Source: Hemiscyllium ocellatum (taxonomy: Eukaryota). From it: DNA of 64,000 bases. The DNA lies in NCBI RefSeq assembly GCF_020745735.1, contig NC_083409.1, forward strand, positions 88,246,048 through 88,310,047, read 5' to 3'. A model generated the notes under the pieces. The model was not told where the DNA came from, did no database searches, and saw nothing but the letters and a program-made list of their open reading frames with translations. The position numbers and the translations under genes were made by a program. Of the stretch, positions 13,575 to 26,884 are shown piece after piece; the first letter of the stretch is position 1; each line of letters starts with the position of its first letter.

Positions 13575-13680
13575 GCAAATCAGATTCCAAATGAACACAG
13601 GGAATGTTGTGGAATGTCTGGCAGCATCTGTTGAGAGAGAAACAAAGTTAATGATTTGAGTCTGTTATGAATCTTCAGAA
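13575..13680 (-). mobile_element. Decayed Penelope-like terminal repeat (family C)
   Basis: GTCTGGCAGCATCTGTTGAGAGAGAAACAAAGTTAA...TCTTCAGAAC. Confidence 0.6.
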
Positions 13681-14881
13681 CGGATCCCAGGCTGAAATTT
13701 GGCCTAATAGATCATGTTTCATTTGGTTTTAAAGAAATGGTCTTTCACTGAAACGAAAATGCATTGTTGCAGACTTTGTTTTGACAGATCATTAAGCAAA
13801 TGAAGTTAAAACAGAATGACCCAATCTATTTACTTACAATATAAAGTCAGAGAGATTTAAACACACAGTATAAGTATAACCTGGCAACCATGGCAATCTG
13901 CCTGGCTTTATGTCGGTGCTAAAAGGCAAGGCAAGGTAAAACAGAAGTATTGTGAGTCTTTAAGCTCTGGCTGATGGGGTTCAGTGCAGGACAAGACAAG
14001 GCAGGGGTGCTGTGTACATCAAAGTAAACATAAAATGAATGAGTACTGAGAGAGCAAGCGAGCAGCCCGGAGGTGCAGCCTGCTTGGGTCCTTGTCATTG
14101 TGTGCTTGGAGTCCTGGCAGCAGCATTCCACTCAAAGGTGCTTGTCCACCATTCAAGTGTGGAACCATCTTCTTAGCCAATCAGAAATGTGCCTTAAAGG
14201 TTTAAGGCTGATATGTACCTGATACCATTGTCCATGGGTGGGTGTAGATGTGGTGATCACTGCCCATGGAACAGACCCTGAGGTGTTGATGCATTGTGTC
14301 CAAGATGGAATTCCAGAGATAAAGCAGCAAGCTGGAGTTGCCTGGTAACTGTCTGACTTTCATATCAGGAACTGTTACAATCTAGCATCTATCTGACAGG
14401 TGGGAGAATAGGATAATACATATTAATGAGATAATAATGATATGTTAATACATGCAAGTAGTTCTCTCATGCATTAGCAAGAAACTCAACTCAAAGGTTG
14501 GTCAATGGGTCTTTCTAGTATCAACAATCAGAAGCTCCTTCCTGGACTTCATGTGATTTTCCAACGTTCTTGCCAATGCTCATGCCATTTAGAGGCTGGG
14601 AAAGTTCCACCCATTTTATTTGCTTTCGAGGATAAAGGCCACATCTTTTAAAAATTTATTTTTGGAGTGTGAGCTCTAAAATGAACATACAAGTTTAAGC
14701 CAAGGAGATTATGCAATGAAATGCCTGCAGTTTAAAAAATCATGTTTACAGGAACATGTTAAGTACAAATTTTGCATTTTCCTGGAACAGTGAGCAGAAG
14801 CAGACACCGTGGAGTCAATGTAGTCTGGATTAAGGGACAATTACTTAGCTACAATGTTTTGACTGGCTCCTGTCCAAGTGC

Positions 14882-14958
14882 TGAAGAAGGGCTTATACCC
14901 GAAATGTCGATTCTCCTGCTCCTTGGATGCTGCGCTTTTCCAGCAACACATTTTTCAG
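14882..14958 (+). mobile_element. 77-bp Penelope-like hammerhead insertion (family A)
   Basis: Starts at CTGAAGAAGGGC..CCCGAAA; TSD TCCTGTCCA(A/G)GTGC at 14868-14881 and 14959-14972. Confidence 0.85.
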
Positions 14959-15051
14959 TCCTGTCCAGGTGCCCAAGTCTTGTGCTGGGACAGTGCAATA
15001 GACACCCACTCCACTTGCAAAGAGAATGCATGAAAAAAAATCTCTCTCTAG

Positions 15052-15411
15052 GTCTATTTCTCACGTGTGGAGGTACCTGAAAGTCTCCAGTTACAGCTAG
15101 CTTCCTTCAACTTGCTTTCACTGCAAATTCTCATGTTGAAACAAAAAGCAGAAAAACACCTTTGGAGAGTCCGAAAGTGGAGAATTCTCAATAAGTGAGT
15201 AAGAAAAGTCCATTGGAATTCGTCCATCATACAGATCCTTCTTCCACTTTAAGATGCATTTTTCAAAATAGGTCTCAACAGCTGCTGAATGAAGATGTAC
15301 AAACTGCTTTTTGTCAACATCAAAGAATTGAAAGGAAGAGAAAAAACCCAATTTATCAAATTGTTTGGTCCAGATTGATAGACAACTATTTTACCATAAT
15401 TATCACATTAT
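15052..15411 (+). other. Candidate pair of in-phase exons (15052-15194 and 15272-15411), product unknown
   Basis: ctctctag acceptor, gtgagt donor, 77-nt GT-AG intron, gtaaga donor; spliced frame open for about 94 codons. No recognised homology. Confidence 0.25.
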
Positions 15412-15914
15412 GTAAGACTGTTTCTTTCCTGATTATAATTTGCAATTTTAATGTAGTTGCAATCCTCCATTTCAAAACCTCATGCCATGAAAGTTTTATT
15501 GAAACCACCATTTTGTTCTCAAGAAATGTATGTGATCTTGCGTCTTTTTATCTGCAATAATTTTAATTATTAACAAACAATTATAAATAAGAAAAGTTCC
15601 TTATAGAGATCTTTTTTCCATTTTAAGATGCATTTTTCAAATAAAAATGCTTCCACGTCCCTATTTTATGCATTCCATAGAAGTGTTGAATGTGCTTCCC
15701 TTACCATCATCTTTCCAGCAAGATAGTGGACAACGACATTTCAAAAACTACTTGCTCTTATTTAAAACTAGAACCGCAGACAATGAAACTGAAACTTGAC
15801 CTTATGCATAAAATATCTGTGATAACAGGCTACAAGGCAAACAATGAGCTTTTATCCTTTTTAGCATATGGACTGTAAATTGAAGATTCACGACATGACG
15901 GTGATTACATTTCA

Positions 15915-16092
15915 GCAAGAAAAACAATTTGCTTGTGCAACTCAGCAGGTCTGGCAGCATCAGTGGAGAGAAAGCAAAGTTAACATTTTCAGTCTGGTGA
16001 CTCTTCATCTACGCTACCAGACCTGCTGTGTTTCACCAGCAATTTCTGTTTTTGTTTCAAATCTCCAGCACCCACAGTTCTTTGTTTTACTC
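15915..16092. mobile_element. Penelope-like foldback (family C)
   Basis: CAGCAGGTCTGGCAGC faces GCTACCAGACCTGCTG in inverted orientation. Confidence 0.7.
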
Positions 16093-16214
16093 TTCCGAAA
16101 TAATTCATTGGCTCTGAAGCACCCTGTGTCACTCTGCGATAATGAAAGGTCCTATGTGTGTTCTTGCTCTCTTCCCTTCCACAGTGCTGCCACCTATTCC
16201 TGTCCTTTTTGAAG

Positions 16215-16480
16215 CAGTGGGCAACATCACAGTGAACTTTTGAATCAGGAAGGTTGTGTGTTTTCAAACACCACTCCAGAGATTTGAAGGCAGGATTATA
16301 GGTTGAGAGTCCAGTGAAGTACTGAGAGGATGCTAAATTGTTGGCGGTGTCCTTTTTTGAATAAGATATTAAACTGTTCCGACAGACATATGTGAAAAAT
16401 ACCATGCCACTGTTTCAAACAGTAACAGAAATTATTCCTCTTCAATATTAATACCTACAATTAACATCATGAAAACAGCA
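16215..16480 (+). mobile_element. DeuSINE-like relic
   Basis: tRNA-like head, then GTACTGAG..GTGTCCTTTTT..GATATTAAAC Deu-domain-like blocks. Confidence 0.5.
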
Positions 16481-16494
16481 TTTTTATGATATGT

Positions 16495-17760
16495 GATGGC
16501 TGGTTAGGCCAATGCTCAATCTGTAGCATCTACCACATGTTAAGCTGGTGGTCCTTTTGGAGGGTTGGGGGAGATCAGATTATTCAGAGGCTTGTGCGCT
16601 CCCACCATGTTGAGTTCACCTCTGCACGTTCCTAACAAAGTCTTTTGATGTATTTGCTGCCTGTCCTTTGCCATTTTGATTGACCAAAGCAGTGACTCCT
16701 TTCATTCAGTGGTGATGTTTGATCTCTTCAGGGATACTTTGAGGACCTCTTTACATTTTTTCTACTGCCATTCTGGGACCATTTCTGCTGACCACATACT
16801 CAGTAGTGCAGCTACTTGGGGAGTCTGGTGTCAAGCATAGAAATGACAGTTGCCAACAGTGGAACAAGTGTCGAGCACCTCAATGCTGAGCATGTTGGCT
16901 TGGGCAAACATGCTGCTGTTGAGTCATCTCTTGCGAATGGAGATGCAAGACCTTATAAAGGTGTTGCTGGTGGTACTTCTTCAGGGCCTTGAGATGCTGA
17001 CTGTGGGTTATCCACATCTTCAAAGTACTTTGAAGCATGGAGATTGCTGTTGCCCAGTAAGCTTTGACTTTGAGCTCAAGTTTCAATCCTAGTCCTCAAA
17101 TGATGTTTTGCTTGGTGAGGCTAGGCTGGCAAATTGGAAGAAGAAATGAATTTTGTCCATATCTGTCTTTATCAAGAGGAGGCTTCAAAGGTGAAGAAAA
17201 TGATTGACATTTTCCAGCATCTCGTTACTGATCTTAATTCATGGTGATATGTGGTGTACTTTGCAGTTGGCTAAGTTGATCTTCATTTAGTAAAAGGCCT
17301 GTTTTGTCATAGGCTTCAGAATAAGAGATGGCAATGATCCAGAGTTCAGCTCCTTAGTAAATACACACACACAATCATGATCAATATACAGGAGTTCAAT
17401 GACTGATGTTGGTGTGATTTTGGTTTTTGATTGGAGATGGAATAGGTCGAACAGTTTCTCGCTTGTTCTGTAAATTATCCCCGTGCCTGTTAGTAACTTG
17501 CTGAAGTGAAGTTTAGTTTTGCTGTGAGGAAAATGGAGAAGAGGGTGAGTGCAATGTATAATCATCTTTGATCTCAGTCTCCACTGAGATCAGGTCTTTG
17601 ACTGTTCTGGTGATGATGATGGCTTGCATGTCATTGTGGATTAGAAAAGGAGAGTACACATAAACCTACAGAGTCAAAAGCTTTAGTGAGGGCATCAAAG
17701 GTCATGAATGTGGTGCTGTTCCTGGCGGTTTTCTTGAATGTGCCTGGAGTGGTACCCTGC
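16495..17760 (-). mobile_element. RTE-clade LINE relic
   Basis: WITHSQHLKALKKYHQQHLYKVLHLH matches the RTE post-RT motif WTxYxRHLKxLExYHQRCLRKIL. Confidence 0.75.
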
Positions 17761-17811
17761 AGCTATGTATTGAAGTGGGCATGATTGCCCTTCAATAACA
17801 GCAAACATCAC

Positions 17812-19575
17812 AAAATAAAACAAAGAATGGAGATGCTGAAGATCCAAAACAAAAACGGAAATTACTGCAGAAACTCATCAGGTCTGACAGCATCTGTGGA
17901 AAGAAAGCAAACTTAACGTTTTGAATCCTATGATCCTTCTTCTGAACTCAGAGTAGCTGGGATAGAGTGGTACTTATGCTGAAAATAGGGAGGGGAAGGG
18001 GGAGAGAAGGAATAGATGAAGACTGGGTCCATTGAGAAAAAAAAGACAGTTATGCAGACAAAGTCATAGAGTCATAGAATCGGTCCAACCCATCCATGCC
18101 GACCAGATATTCCAACCCAATCTAGTCCCACTGGCAGCACACAGCCCATATCCCTCCAAATCCTTCCTATTCATATACCCATCCAAATGCCTTTTAAATG
18201 TTGCAATTGTACCAGTCTTCACCACTTCCTCTGGCAGCTCAATCCATACACGAACCACCCTCTGTATGGTTATCCCTTAGGTCTGTTTCATATTTTTCCC
18301 CTCTTACCCTAAACCTATGCCCTCTAGTTCTGGACTCACCCACCCCAGGGAAAAGACTTTGTGTATTTACCCTATCCATGACCCTCATAATTTTGTAAAC
18401 CTCTATAAGGTCACCTCGCAGCCTCCGATGCTCCAGCGAAAACAGCCCCAGCCTGTTCAGCCTCTCCCTACAGCTTAAATCCTCCAACCCTGGCAATATC
18501 CTTATAAATCTTTTCTGAATCCTTTCAAGTTTCACAACATCTTTCCGATAGGAAGGAGACCAGAATTGCACGCAATATTCCAACAGTGGTCAAACCATTA
18601 TCCTGTACAGACGCAATATGACCCCCCAACCCTGTTCTCAATACTCTGACCGATAAAGGACAGCATACCAAACGCCTTCTTCACTATCCTATCTATCTGC
18701 GACTCCACTTTCAAGGAGCTATGAACCTGCACTCAAAAGTCTCTTTGTTCAGCAACACTCTCTAGGACCTTACCATTATGTGTTTAAGACCTGCTAAGAT
18801 TTGCTTTCCCAAAATGCAGCACCTCGCATTTATCTGAATTAAACTCCATCTGCCACTTCTCAGCCCATCTGATCATAACCCTGTTGTAACCTGAGGTAAC
18901 CTTCTTCACCGTCCACTACACCTCCAATTTTGGTGTCATCTGTAAACTTATTAACTATACTTCTTGTGCTCACATCCATCATTTATATAAATGACGAAAA
19001 GTAGAGGACCCAGCACCAATCCTTGTGGCACTCCACTGGTTACAGGCCTCTAATCTGAAAAACAACCCTCCACCACCACCCTCTGTCTTCTACCTTTGTG
19101 CCAGTTCTGTATCCAAATGGCTAGTTCTCCTTGTATTCCGTGAGATCTACCTTGCTATACAGTCTCCTATGGAACAATGTCGAAAGCCTTACTGAAGTCC
19201 ATATAGATCACATCTACTGCTCTGTCCTCATCAATCCTCTTTGTTACTTCTTCAAAAAACTCAATCAAGTTTGTGGGACATGATTGCCCACGCAGTGACT
19301 GGAAATCTGTGAAAATGGGCTGGTTAGGCCCATGTCATGACATGGTTTGGGAATGTGTAAGGACATGGAAAGAGGTGTCATTCCCTAAAATTATTGAACT
19401 CGATATTGAATCCTGAAGGCTGCAGGGTCTCCAAATGAAAAATGAGATGCTATTCCTACAGCTTGTGCTGAGCATCACTGGGACTCTGCAGTAGGCTGAG
19501 ACAGAAATGTTGGCCAGGGAACTGTGTGGTGTGTTGATGTAGCAGGCAACTGGTAGCTCAGGGTTATTTTTACAA
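17812..19575 (-). mobile_element. Penelope-like element (family C), GIY-YIG C-terminus plus terminal repeat, split by a CR1
   Basis: PELPVACYINTPHSSLANISVS at about 19400-19565; terminal repeat at 17812-17950. Confidence 0.75.
18062..19292 (-). mobile_element. CR1 LINE, 5'-truncated
   Basis: EYCVQFWSPSYRKD ORF; (GTCATAGA)n tail at 18062. Confidence 0.95.
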
Positions 19576-20074
19576 ATAGCAACAACTATCTTCCATTGCT
19601 CTCGGACTGCATCTTGCAGAGCTCCATTGCACACAAGGTTACCCTTAATCTCATTATAAGTCATGTCAAGTAGTTTTTTTTTGCGCATCTTATACGTAGG
19701 GCTCCTAATTGGCTTTACCACAAAATACACAAAAGTCTTTTTGATCTGAAAACATGCCATCAGAAATGCATGAAAAGAAGAAATTGAGTGCAAAATAAAC
19801 TGAAGGATTACTCACTTATTTCCTGCATCTCATTTGCATATTATTGCTAATCAAACAAGGAAATACATCAGAAAATGCGTGATTTTGTCTTTTTATATTT
19901 GTTTTTGAGCCCTGTTTCAATTTGAAAACAGTGCACTTATCAGCATTGTGACATGCCTTCGTGTGAAGCATGAGACGAAGAATACACAAATACTGAAGTG
20001 CAAATGCCAGATTTAATAGAAGATGATTCACTGTTGTTTATAATGATTGTTTGTAGACAGCTTTCATGTCATAA

Positions 20075-21425
20075 GTGGCTGCTCTCAATTTGAAGGTTGT
20101 GAGTTCCTGCTATGGGTCATCATGTGACTCAATAAGTTGACTCTCAACCCACAACCCTTTGGGCTCATGGGGTAGGATGTCTTACAAGGGGGTGATATCT
20201 GAAATGCAGGATTTATTTCCACCTCTTTTACTCTCTGCCACTGATCTTTCTCATCGTTGAGACATTGTGACTCAGAACATTGATGCAGTTGCCATTTTGA
20301 ATGGTTAATATCAAGCACTTGCTAGGTATTAATGTCAATGTTGTTACTAAAGAACTTTATTTGTCCTCCCCTGGAACATTAGCCGTTTGAGAGTTCGGAA
20401 GTGGGATCCAGTGAAGGGGATGCCTCATGAAGGACATTAGTATTTGATCAAAATAAAAGCAAATTCCTGCAGATGCTGGAATCTGAAACCAAAAGAGAAA
20501 ATGCTGGAAAATCTCAGCAGATCTGGCAGCATCTGTAAGGAGAGAAAAGAGCTGACGTTTTGAGTCGAACTGACCCTTTGTCAAAGTGTTTGATCAATGG
20601 TCTTCTCATCGAGTCTGAATGATGTGTCAGAAGTATTGTAAATGTATTCCCTCTTTCATGTGACTGATACATAATCCAGGTCTTGCTGCAGTGTATGAAT
20701 GTGTGGTGATAAGAACTGTTCTCTACACTAGGATATCTGTGGATTTGCAGAGGAGTTTTTTGTCAAAACATTCCTACTATAGTTTTCAGTGGGTTGGGCT
20801 GGTACAGCTGCTCCAGGATTGGATCTCCAAGCCCAATGGTAGCTTTTTGAAAGTGTTGGCTGCCAATGCATGGGAAGCACATATTCCAGAGTTTCTCCTT
20901 CAACATAAAAGGGATACAATATATGACTCTGCGGATGTCAGTTGTAGGTGAGTTTTGTTTGGGCAATGATCAAGAACAGGTACATTTCTTGTGTGCAGAA
21001 TTGAAGAGGTGGAAAATGGCTCTTAGATCTGAATATAAAGTGGACAATGGCACTGCAGATATCCACAAACTCTAGATTGTGTATGTCTATGGTGGTGAGT
21101 TTAGTTTAGGCACCACCAACTCTCTCCCTACACCCAGGTGGGCCAAGGAGAAATTTGTTTCATCTTTTTGTATGAGGTTTGAAGCAGAACTTTCATGAAA
21201 TGATGCAAAGTATGGGTCAGAATTTTAAATAACAGAGATTTTGACGATGCTCTAAATGAAGTACAGCTTAAAAAAATAGGGCAACGGGTATTCATGATAA
21301 CACCTGAAATCTGAACTGAAGCATTGGGTACCATTTGAGGGAGTGATGCTGGCCTGGTGTGAGGATGGAACAGAGTGCATCAGGGATTGCTGTCAGATCC
21401 CCCTTGTTATCCTTCATTGGATTCA
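20075..21425 (-). mobile_element. RTE-clade LINE relic
   Basis: VEGETLEYV/FPCIGSQHFQKATI resembles the RTE motif LEnVxxFPYLGSxLSxKA. Confidence 0.65.
20452..20584 (-). mobile_element. Penelope-like terminal repeat nested in the RTE relic
   Basis: TSD AGT(A/G)TTTGATCAA at 20439-20451 and 20585-20597; degenerate hammerhead at the right end. Confidence 0.8.
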
Positions 21426-22024
21426 GAAATATATTAGGATGTAAGATTCACTGACAATACTGATTTTATGCAGTTCACACTAGCTTAATTTATCAATTCT
21501 TTCATGTTCTGAGAGTGCAGCAATGCAACTGGTATGAGGGGTGGGAGGCTTATCAAATCTGTCAAATGAAGCAAAAATCATCAGAAGGATTTGGAGAATG
21601 TTTGCAAATAGGCAGGACCAAACGTCTAATTGAGAATGGTGTGCTTTGTTGACATAGCTATGCACTGTGTGCTCCTAAATCTGATTAGCAGGCCTAAGCA
21701 TCCAATTCACTATATTCATCCACAGAGTTTTCTGGGAACCTTGCAGCTAATTTGTGAGAGCCTCATTAGATTAGCTCATTTAATTCAATGTCAGGTAAAG
21801 TGGCTTCACACCAAAATCATGGATTGCTTTTCACCTACTCATATTCCAATAATGCTGATTACCAATATAAAACAGACGCTGCAGGCATTTGCTATTCTGT
21901 TTTTATGTAGTTGCAAGTAATGTTTAATAATACATTTATATTTCTGGACCCTGAATTACCTAAGGGTTCTCCTGGTCTCTTACTCTAGCTTTGACAGTAG
22001 TTTATACAATCCATTGAGAAAGTT

Positions 22025-22330
22025 GTTAGCGCTGCTGCCTGGGTTCAATTCCCGCCTCAGACGGCTGTCTGTGTGGAGTTTGCACATTCTCCCCATGACT
22101 GCGTGGGTTTCCTCCAGGTGCTCTGGTTTCCTCCCACTGTCCAAAAGGTTTGCAGGTTAGGTGAATTGGCCATGCTAAGTTGCTCACAGTGTTCGGGGAT
22201 GTGTAAGTTAGGTGCATTAGTTAGGGGTAAATATAGGATTATAGGGTAGGTGAATGGGTTTGGGTGGGTTAGTCTTCTGAGGGTTGGTGTGGACTTGTTC
22301 GGCCGTAGGTCCTGTTGCCACACTGTATGG
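22025..22330 (+). mobile_element. HE1-type V-SINE
   Basis: B box, V-domain and CR1-like tail. Confidence 0.85.
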
Positions 22331-22598
22331 ACTCAGTAATTAAAACAAAATAATTCTATGATAAAAAAGAACATTAAATGATGTGTTCAATTTCCATGCC
22401 ATTTCTCTGGTGTGGTCTGCTGATAAAGCTATCCCCTGGAGATCCCAGATGCTGTTTTTGTTTGGCTTTTTCACACATTTGCTCCTGTATGCAATAATGC
22501 TTTTATTTTAGTATTGAAAAATATTTCACCCTTAATTATTAATCCCACGACGGTCTCACAATAGCTGCTGTTTCTCTTGCAGTTGACACATTTTTCAA

Positions 22599-23621
22599 AA
22601 TAGAAACATAGAACATAGAATATAGAACATTACAACGCAGTACAGGCCCCTTGGCCCTCGATGTTGCGCTGCCCTGTCATACTAATCTGAAGCCCATCCC
22701 ACCTACACTATTCTATGTACGTCCATATGCCTGTCCAATGACGACTAAATGCACTTAAAGTTGGCGAATCTACTACCGTTGCAGGCAAAGCATTCCATAC
22801 CTTTACTACTCTCTGAGTAAAGAAACTACCTCTGACATCTGTCTGATATTTATCACCCTCAATTTAAAGCTATGCTCCCTCGTGCTCGCCATCACCATTC
22901 TTGGAAAAAGGCTCTCCCTGTCCACCCTATCTAACTAGTGCCCCTCCACCAAATTCCCTCCCCTCTACCTTTTAGCTCAGCCCGCTTGGCACACCAGCCT
23001 CATTCCTGAAGAAGGGCTTATGCCCGAAACATCGATTCTCCTGCTCCTCAGATGCTGCCTGGCCTGCTGTGTTTTTCCAGCACCACATTTTTCAACTCTG
23101 GTACTCCAGCATCTGCAGTCCTCACCTTCTCCTATTTCTACCCTATCTAACCCTCTGATTATCTTGTATGTCGCAATTAAGTCACCTCTCAACCTTCTTC
23201 TCTCTAATGAGAGCAGCCTCAAGGTCCTCAGCCTTTCCTCATAAGACATTCCTTCCATATCAGGCAACGTCCTAGTAAATCTCCTCTGCACCCTTTCCAA
23301 AACTTCCACATCCTTCTTATAATGCGGTGACCAGAACTGTACACAATACTCCGAGCATGGCCGTACCAGAGCTTTGTACAGCTGCAGCATAATCTCCTGG
23401 TTCCGGAACTCAATCCCTCTATTAATAAAGGCCAAAACATTGTGTGCCTTCTTAACAACTCTGTCAATCTGGGTGGCAACTTTCAGGGATCTGTGTACAT
23501 GGACACCAAGATCTTTCTGCTCACCTGCACTCCCAAGAATCTTACCATTAGCCCAGCACTTTGCATTCCGATTACTCTGTCCAAAGTGTATCACTTCACA
23601 CTTGTCCACATTAAACTCCAT
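22599..23621 (-). mobile_element. CR1 LINE with (TATGTTC)n tail, 5'-truncated
   Basis: MEFNVDKCEVIHFG...LERVQRRFTR ORF; (ATAGAAC)n at about 22600-22629. Confidence 0.95.
22936..23136 (+). mobile_element. Penelope-like hammerhead insertion (family A) inside CR1
   Basis: TSD TC(C/T)ACCCTATCTAAC at 22921-22935 and 23137-23151; hammerhead at 23002-23037. Confidence 0.9.
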
Positions 23622-23807
23622 TAAACTTCTGTGGATGTTCCCTAAGTCTGGGAAAAAAAAGCTGAGAAAAGGGAGGTGGTTATAAAAAGAGCATTTGGGT
23701 TGAGGTGTTTGATTGAGTTGTATAAATTTTTAAAATGCAAAACGGGGAGCTGGAGCATCTAATATAGTAGGCAAGGGTGATACGTTCATTCTGAATAACC
23801 TGCTCTT

Positions 23808-23958
23808 GGATGGGTGTATGAATAGAAAGAGTTTAGAAGGAGATGGGCCAAGTGCTGGCAAATAGGACTAGATTAATTTAGAATAGCTGGTTGGCATGGA
23901 TGACTTGGACCGAAGGGTCTGCTTCCGTGCAGTACATCTCTATGTCTCCGTGACTATG
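23808..23958 (+). mobile_element. CR1 3' end fragment
   Basis: TTGGATGGGTGTATGAATAG...GGACCGAAGGGTCTG...CTCTATG. Confidence 0.8.
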
Positions 23959-24399
23959 TTCTGACGTTTATGAAACCTCTCTGAGGCCCTCTTTCCAAAC
24001 TCTGGCTCAATTCACCCCTGGAAATGTGACTTGAATTTTTTTTAATCTTTCCTCAAGAGATCACGTGAGTGTGGATATTATAATGTGCCACAAATTACCT
24101 GGAAATGACTGGATAAACCTTTCTTCTTAAGTCATTTCTCTGGATGTTGCATGTTCATACGGAGCAAGGAAAGAAGTTTGCATAGGCGAGAGAGAGCTGT
24201 GTCAGAGATAACTAGCCTGTATCTGAAGGAGTAGCAACATCAGAAGTGATCTGCTGCTCGGAGAGATGGTGAGAAAAGTGACTTTGAATGCAGGTTCAAC
24301 ATCGCACCATATACCAATAATCTCATGTACATGTATTTGCATTTCATTAATCACACAACTTGCTGCAATTAGTTTTGCCTTTCCAATTAGCTTCATCCT

Positions 24400-25760
24400 C
24401 ATTGAGACACTATGCCTCAGGCGCTAGACTGCAGGAGGCAAGGACTGTACATTCTGTCTAGCTCTTTTGTCTCCAGCCTTCTGCAGCATTTCAGCTGCTC
24501 CTGCACAGTCTTCACTGGAAGACGGAGCAGTCCATGAACTAACAGTTCAAAAAAGAGATCTTGTAGGAAATATGATCGACAGGCTTCAATGCAGCTATCT
24601 CCAGATGAGTGACAGACAGTATCCTGTGCCTCACATCTCATACTCATTGCTGGATGGAGATTCGCAGTCATATGGGCTGGGCGATATTCCCATCCTGATA
24701 ATCTTAAAAGTAACAGACACTCTTCATTTCTATGCCAGTGGATCATTTCGTTCCTGCGGCATTGCACAGGCGTCAACTCATAACGGCATCTGAGACGTTA
24801 CTGATACTCTCTTCTTAACTGCCCACCAATACACCTCAATTCTCATGAGGTGTGGAGTCAGACACTGAGGGTTTAAGGAGACCTGACCATTCCTGGTTAC
24901 TGTCGGATACAAAGTACAATCAACGCCTTGAAAGTGGAGTCGCAGGTAGATAGGATAGTGAAGAAGGCTTTTGGTATGTTTTCCTTTATTGGTCAGAGTA
25001 TTGAGTACAGGAGTTGGGAAGTCATGTTCTGGCTCTACTGGACATTGGTTAGGCCACTTTTGGAATATTGTGTGCAGTTCTGGTCTCCTTCCTATCGAAA
25101 AGATGTTGTGAAACTTGAAAGGATTCAGAAAAGATTTACAATGATGTTGCCAGGGTTGGAGGATTTGAGCTATAGGGAGAGATTGAATAGGCTGGGGCTG
25201 TTTTCCCTGGAGCGTCACAGGCTGAGGGGTGACCTTACAGAAGTTTATAAAATCGTGAAGGCATGGATAGGATAAACAGACAAAGTCTCTTATCTGGAGT
25301 GGGGGAGTCCAGAACTAGAGGGCATAGGTTTAGGGTGAGAGGGGAAAGATATTAAAAAGACCTAAGGGGCAACTTTTTCACGCAGAGGGTGGTACATGTA
25401 TGAAATGACCTGTCAGAGGATGTGGTGGAGGCTGGTACAATTGCAGCATTTCAAAGGCATTTCGATGGGTATATGAATAAGAAGGGTTTGGATGGATATG
25501 TGCCGGGTGCTGGCAGGTGGAACTAGATTGGGTTGGGATATTTGGTTGGCATGGACGGGTTGGACCAAAGAATCTGTTCCCGTTCTGTACATCGCTGTGA
25601 CTCTATGACTCTAATTGCACCCACATAGCCATCAGAATATCCCATACTATCAATCAGCAGGCTTTGTGAGTGGATAAAGGGTTCCACTCTCATCATGTGG
25701 GAGCAATAGTCAGTTATTGTAGATCAGTGCTAGATATCCAGGGAACTGCCTGGACCACTC
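24400..25760 (+). pseudogene. Decayed Harbinger transposase, split by a CR1
   Basis: SYLQMSDRQ, LKVTDTLHFYASGSF, CGIAQASTH before the CR1; CTHIAIR, KGFHS and ISARYPGNC after it. Confidence 0.75.
24928..25612 (+). mobile_element. CR1 LINE, 5'-truncated
   Basis: KVESQVDRIVKKAFG ORF; TGACTCTA tail. Confidence 0.95.
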
Positions 25761-26884
25761 AGAGCTAGAAATCTGTTGTCATCACTTGCTTTGAGAGCGG
25801 TACCAAGGAGTAACAATGGAAATGTAATTCATGCTTTATGTAGTGGATGATTGTTCACATCTTTTCCTTTCAAAAGAACTTCTCAGATTCTCAACTTTCT
25901 CAACCTTTCTCAATTATGGTTAGAGCAGTGCAAGTAAATATTTTTTGCATTAGTGCAGCCTTTTATCCAACGATTGAATACCACTGTCCGTGATATCAAC
26001 TTAGAGAGCATTCCATGTTTCCCTCTCTCAATATGTCCAGGTGCAGGCTGGTTGCTATGCCCTGGTGATTTTGGTGGCTCTGATTTTCCTGGTATCAGAG
26101 GGTTTTGGCCTGGTGAGAGTGCCCTACACAGGTATGGGAACACCCCTCTCAAACTCAGCTGCTCGAGGCACTGAGCTCATTGGCAAAAAGGAGATGGAGG
26201 GAAGGGTACCACTGGAGTGTCTTATGAAGGGGTTGCTCTTTCTCCTTGCACGTCTTGATCCACCTCTCTCCTTGCTATTGATGCTCAGCACTCATGGCTA
26301 GGACAATTAAGTACAGGTGTAAGCAGTAATTTAGCAGTTAGTGAGTGTTCTGCTGGACTGGGACTCTGAGCCATCATTCCTTTGAGACAGATGCATGGCA
26401 TGTCACTACTAATATAGCACATCGACGGACTCTTCCATATGTCACTCCAGTCTACTGACGGCCTCCTACCTCATCATCCCACGTCTCTCTCTGCAGGCTG
26501 GCCACATCACACATGGCTGAGGACAGACATCTGTTTTCTGCAATAAGCTGAGCAGGTGCTTGCTCTCTGTTATTCCTCTAAGTGTCAGAGACCTCTTCCT
26601 TCACTGGCTGCAAAGCTGTGTGAATGAGATGCTCACCAGATTGTGCCCCTGAGTCTAATCTGGCTTGAGTACTTCCCAAGGTAATTGTCTCAATCTCAAT
26701 GCTGGTGGAGGGTGCAGGCGAATACCTTCCTGGTGGGTCCTCTGAAGGTTCACAGGCTCCATTCTCTGAGCTCGAGCTAGTGCAGGTGATCTCAGGCTCT
26801 AGCCTCTCTCACTGCTACATCCTGGGTGCCCCTGGTACCTGAAGAAGAGAACAAGTTAGTTGCTGAATAGGCAGTATATGGTGT

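Noticed and set aside
19641-19992. Minus-strand segments flanking a 70-nt GT-AG intron-like gap, with an ATGCAAAT octamer
   Set aside because: Every spliced frame hits a stop and there is no recognisable product; a single octamer is expected by chance.
23020-23244. Recurrent peptide PEEGLMPETSILLLLGCCLTCCAFP in many ORFs
   Set aside because: Translation of the non-coding hammerhead-bearing terminal repeat.
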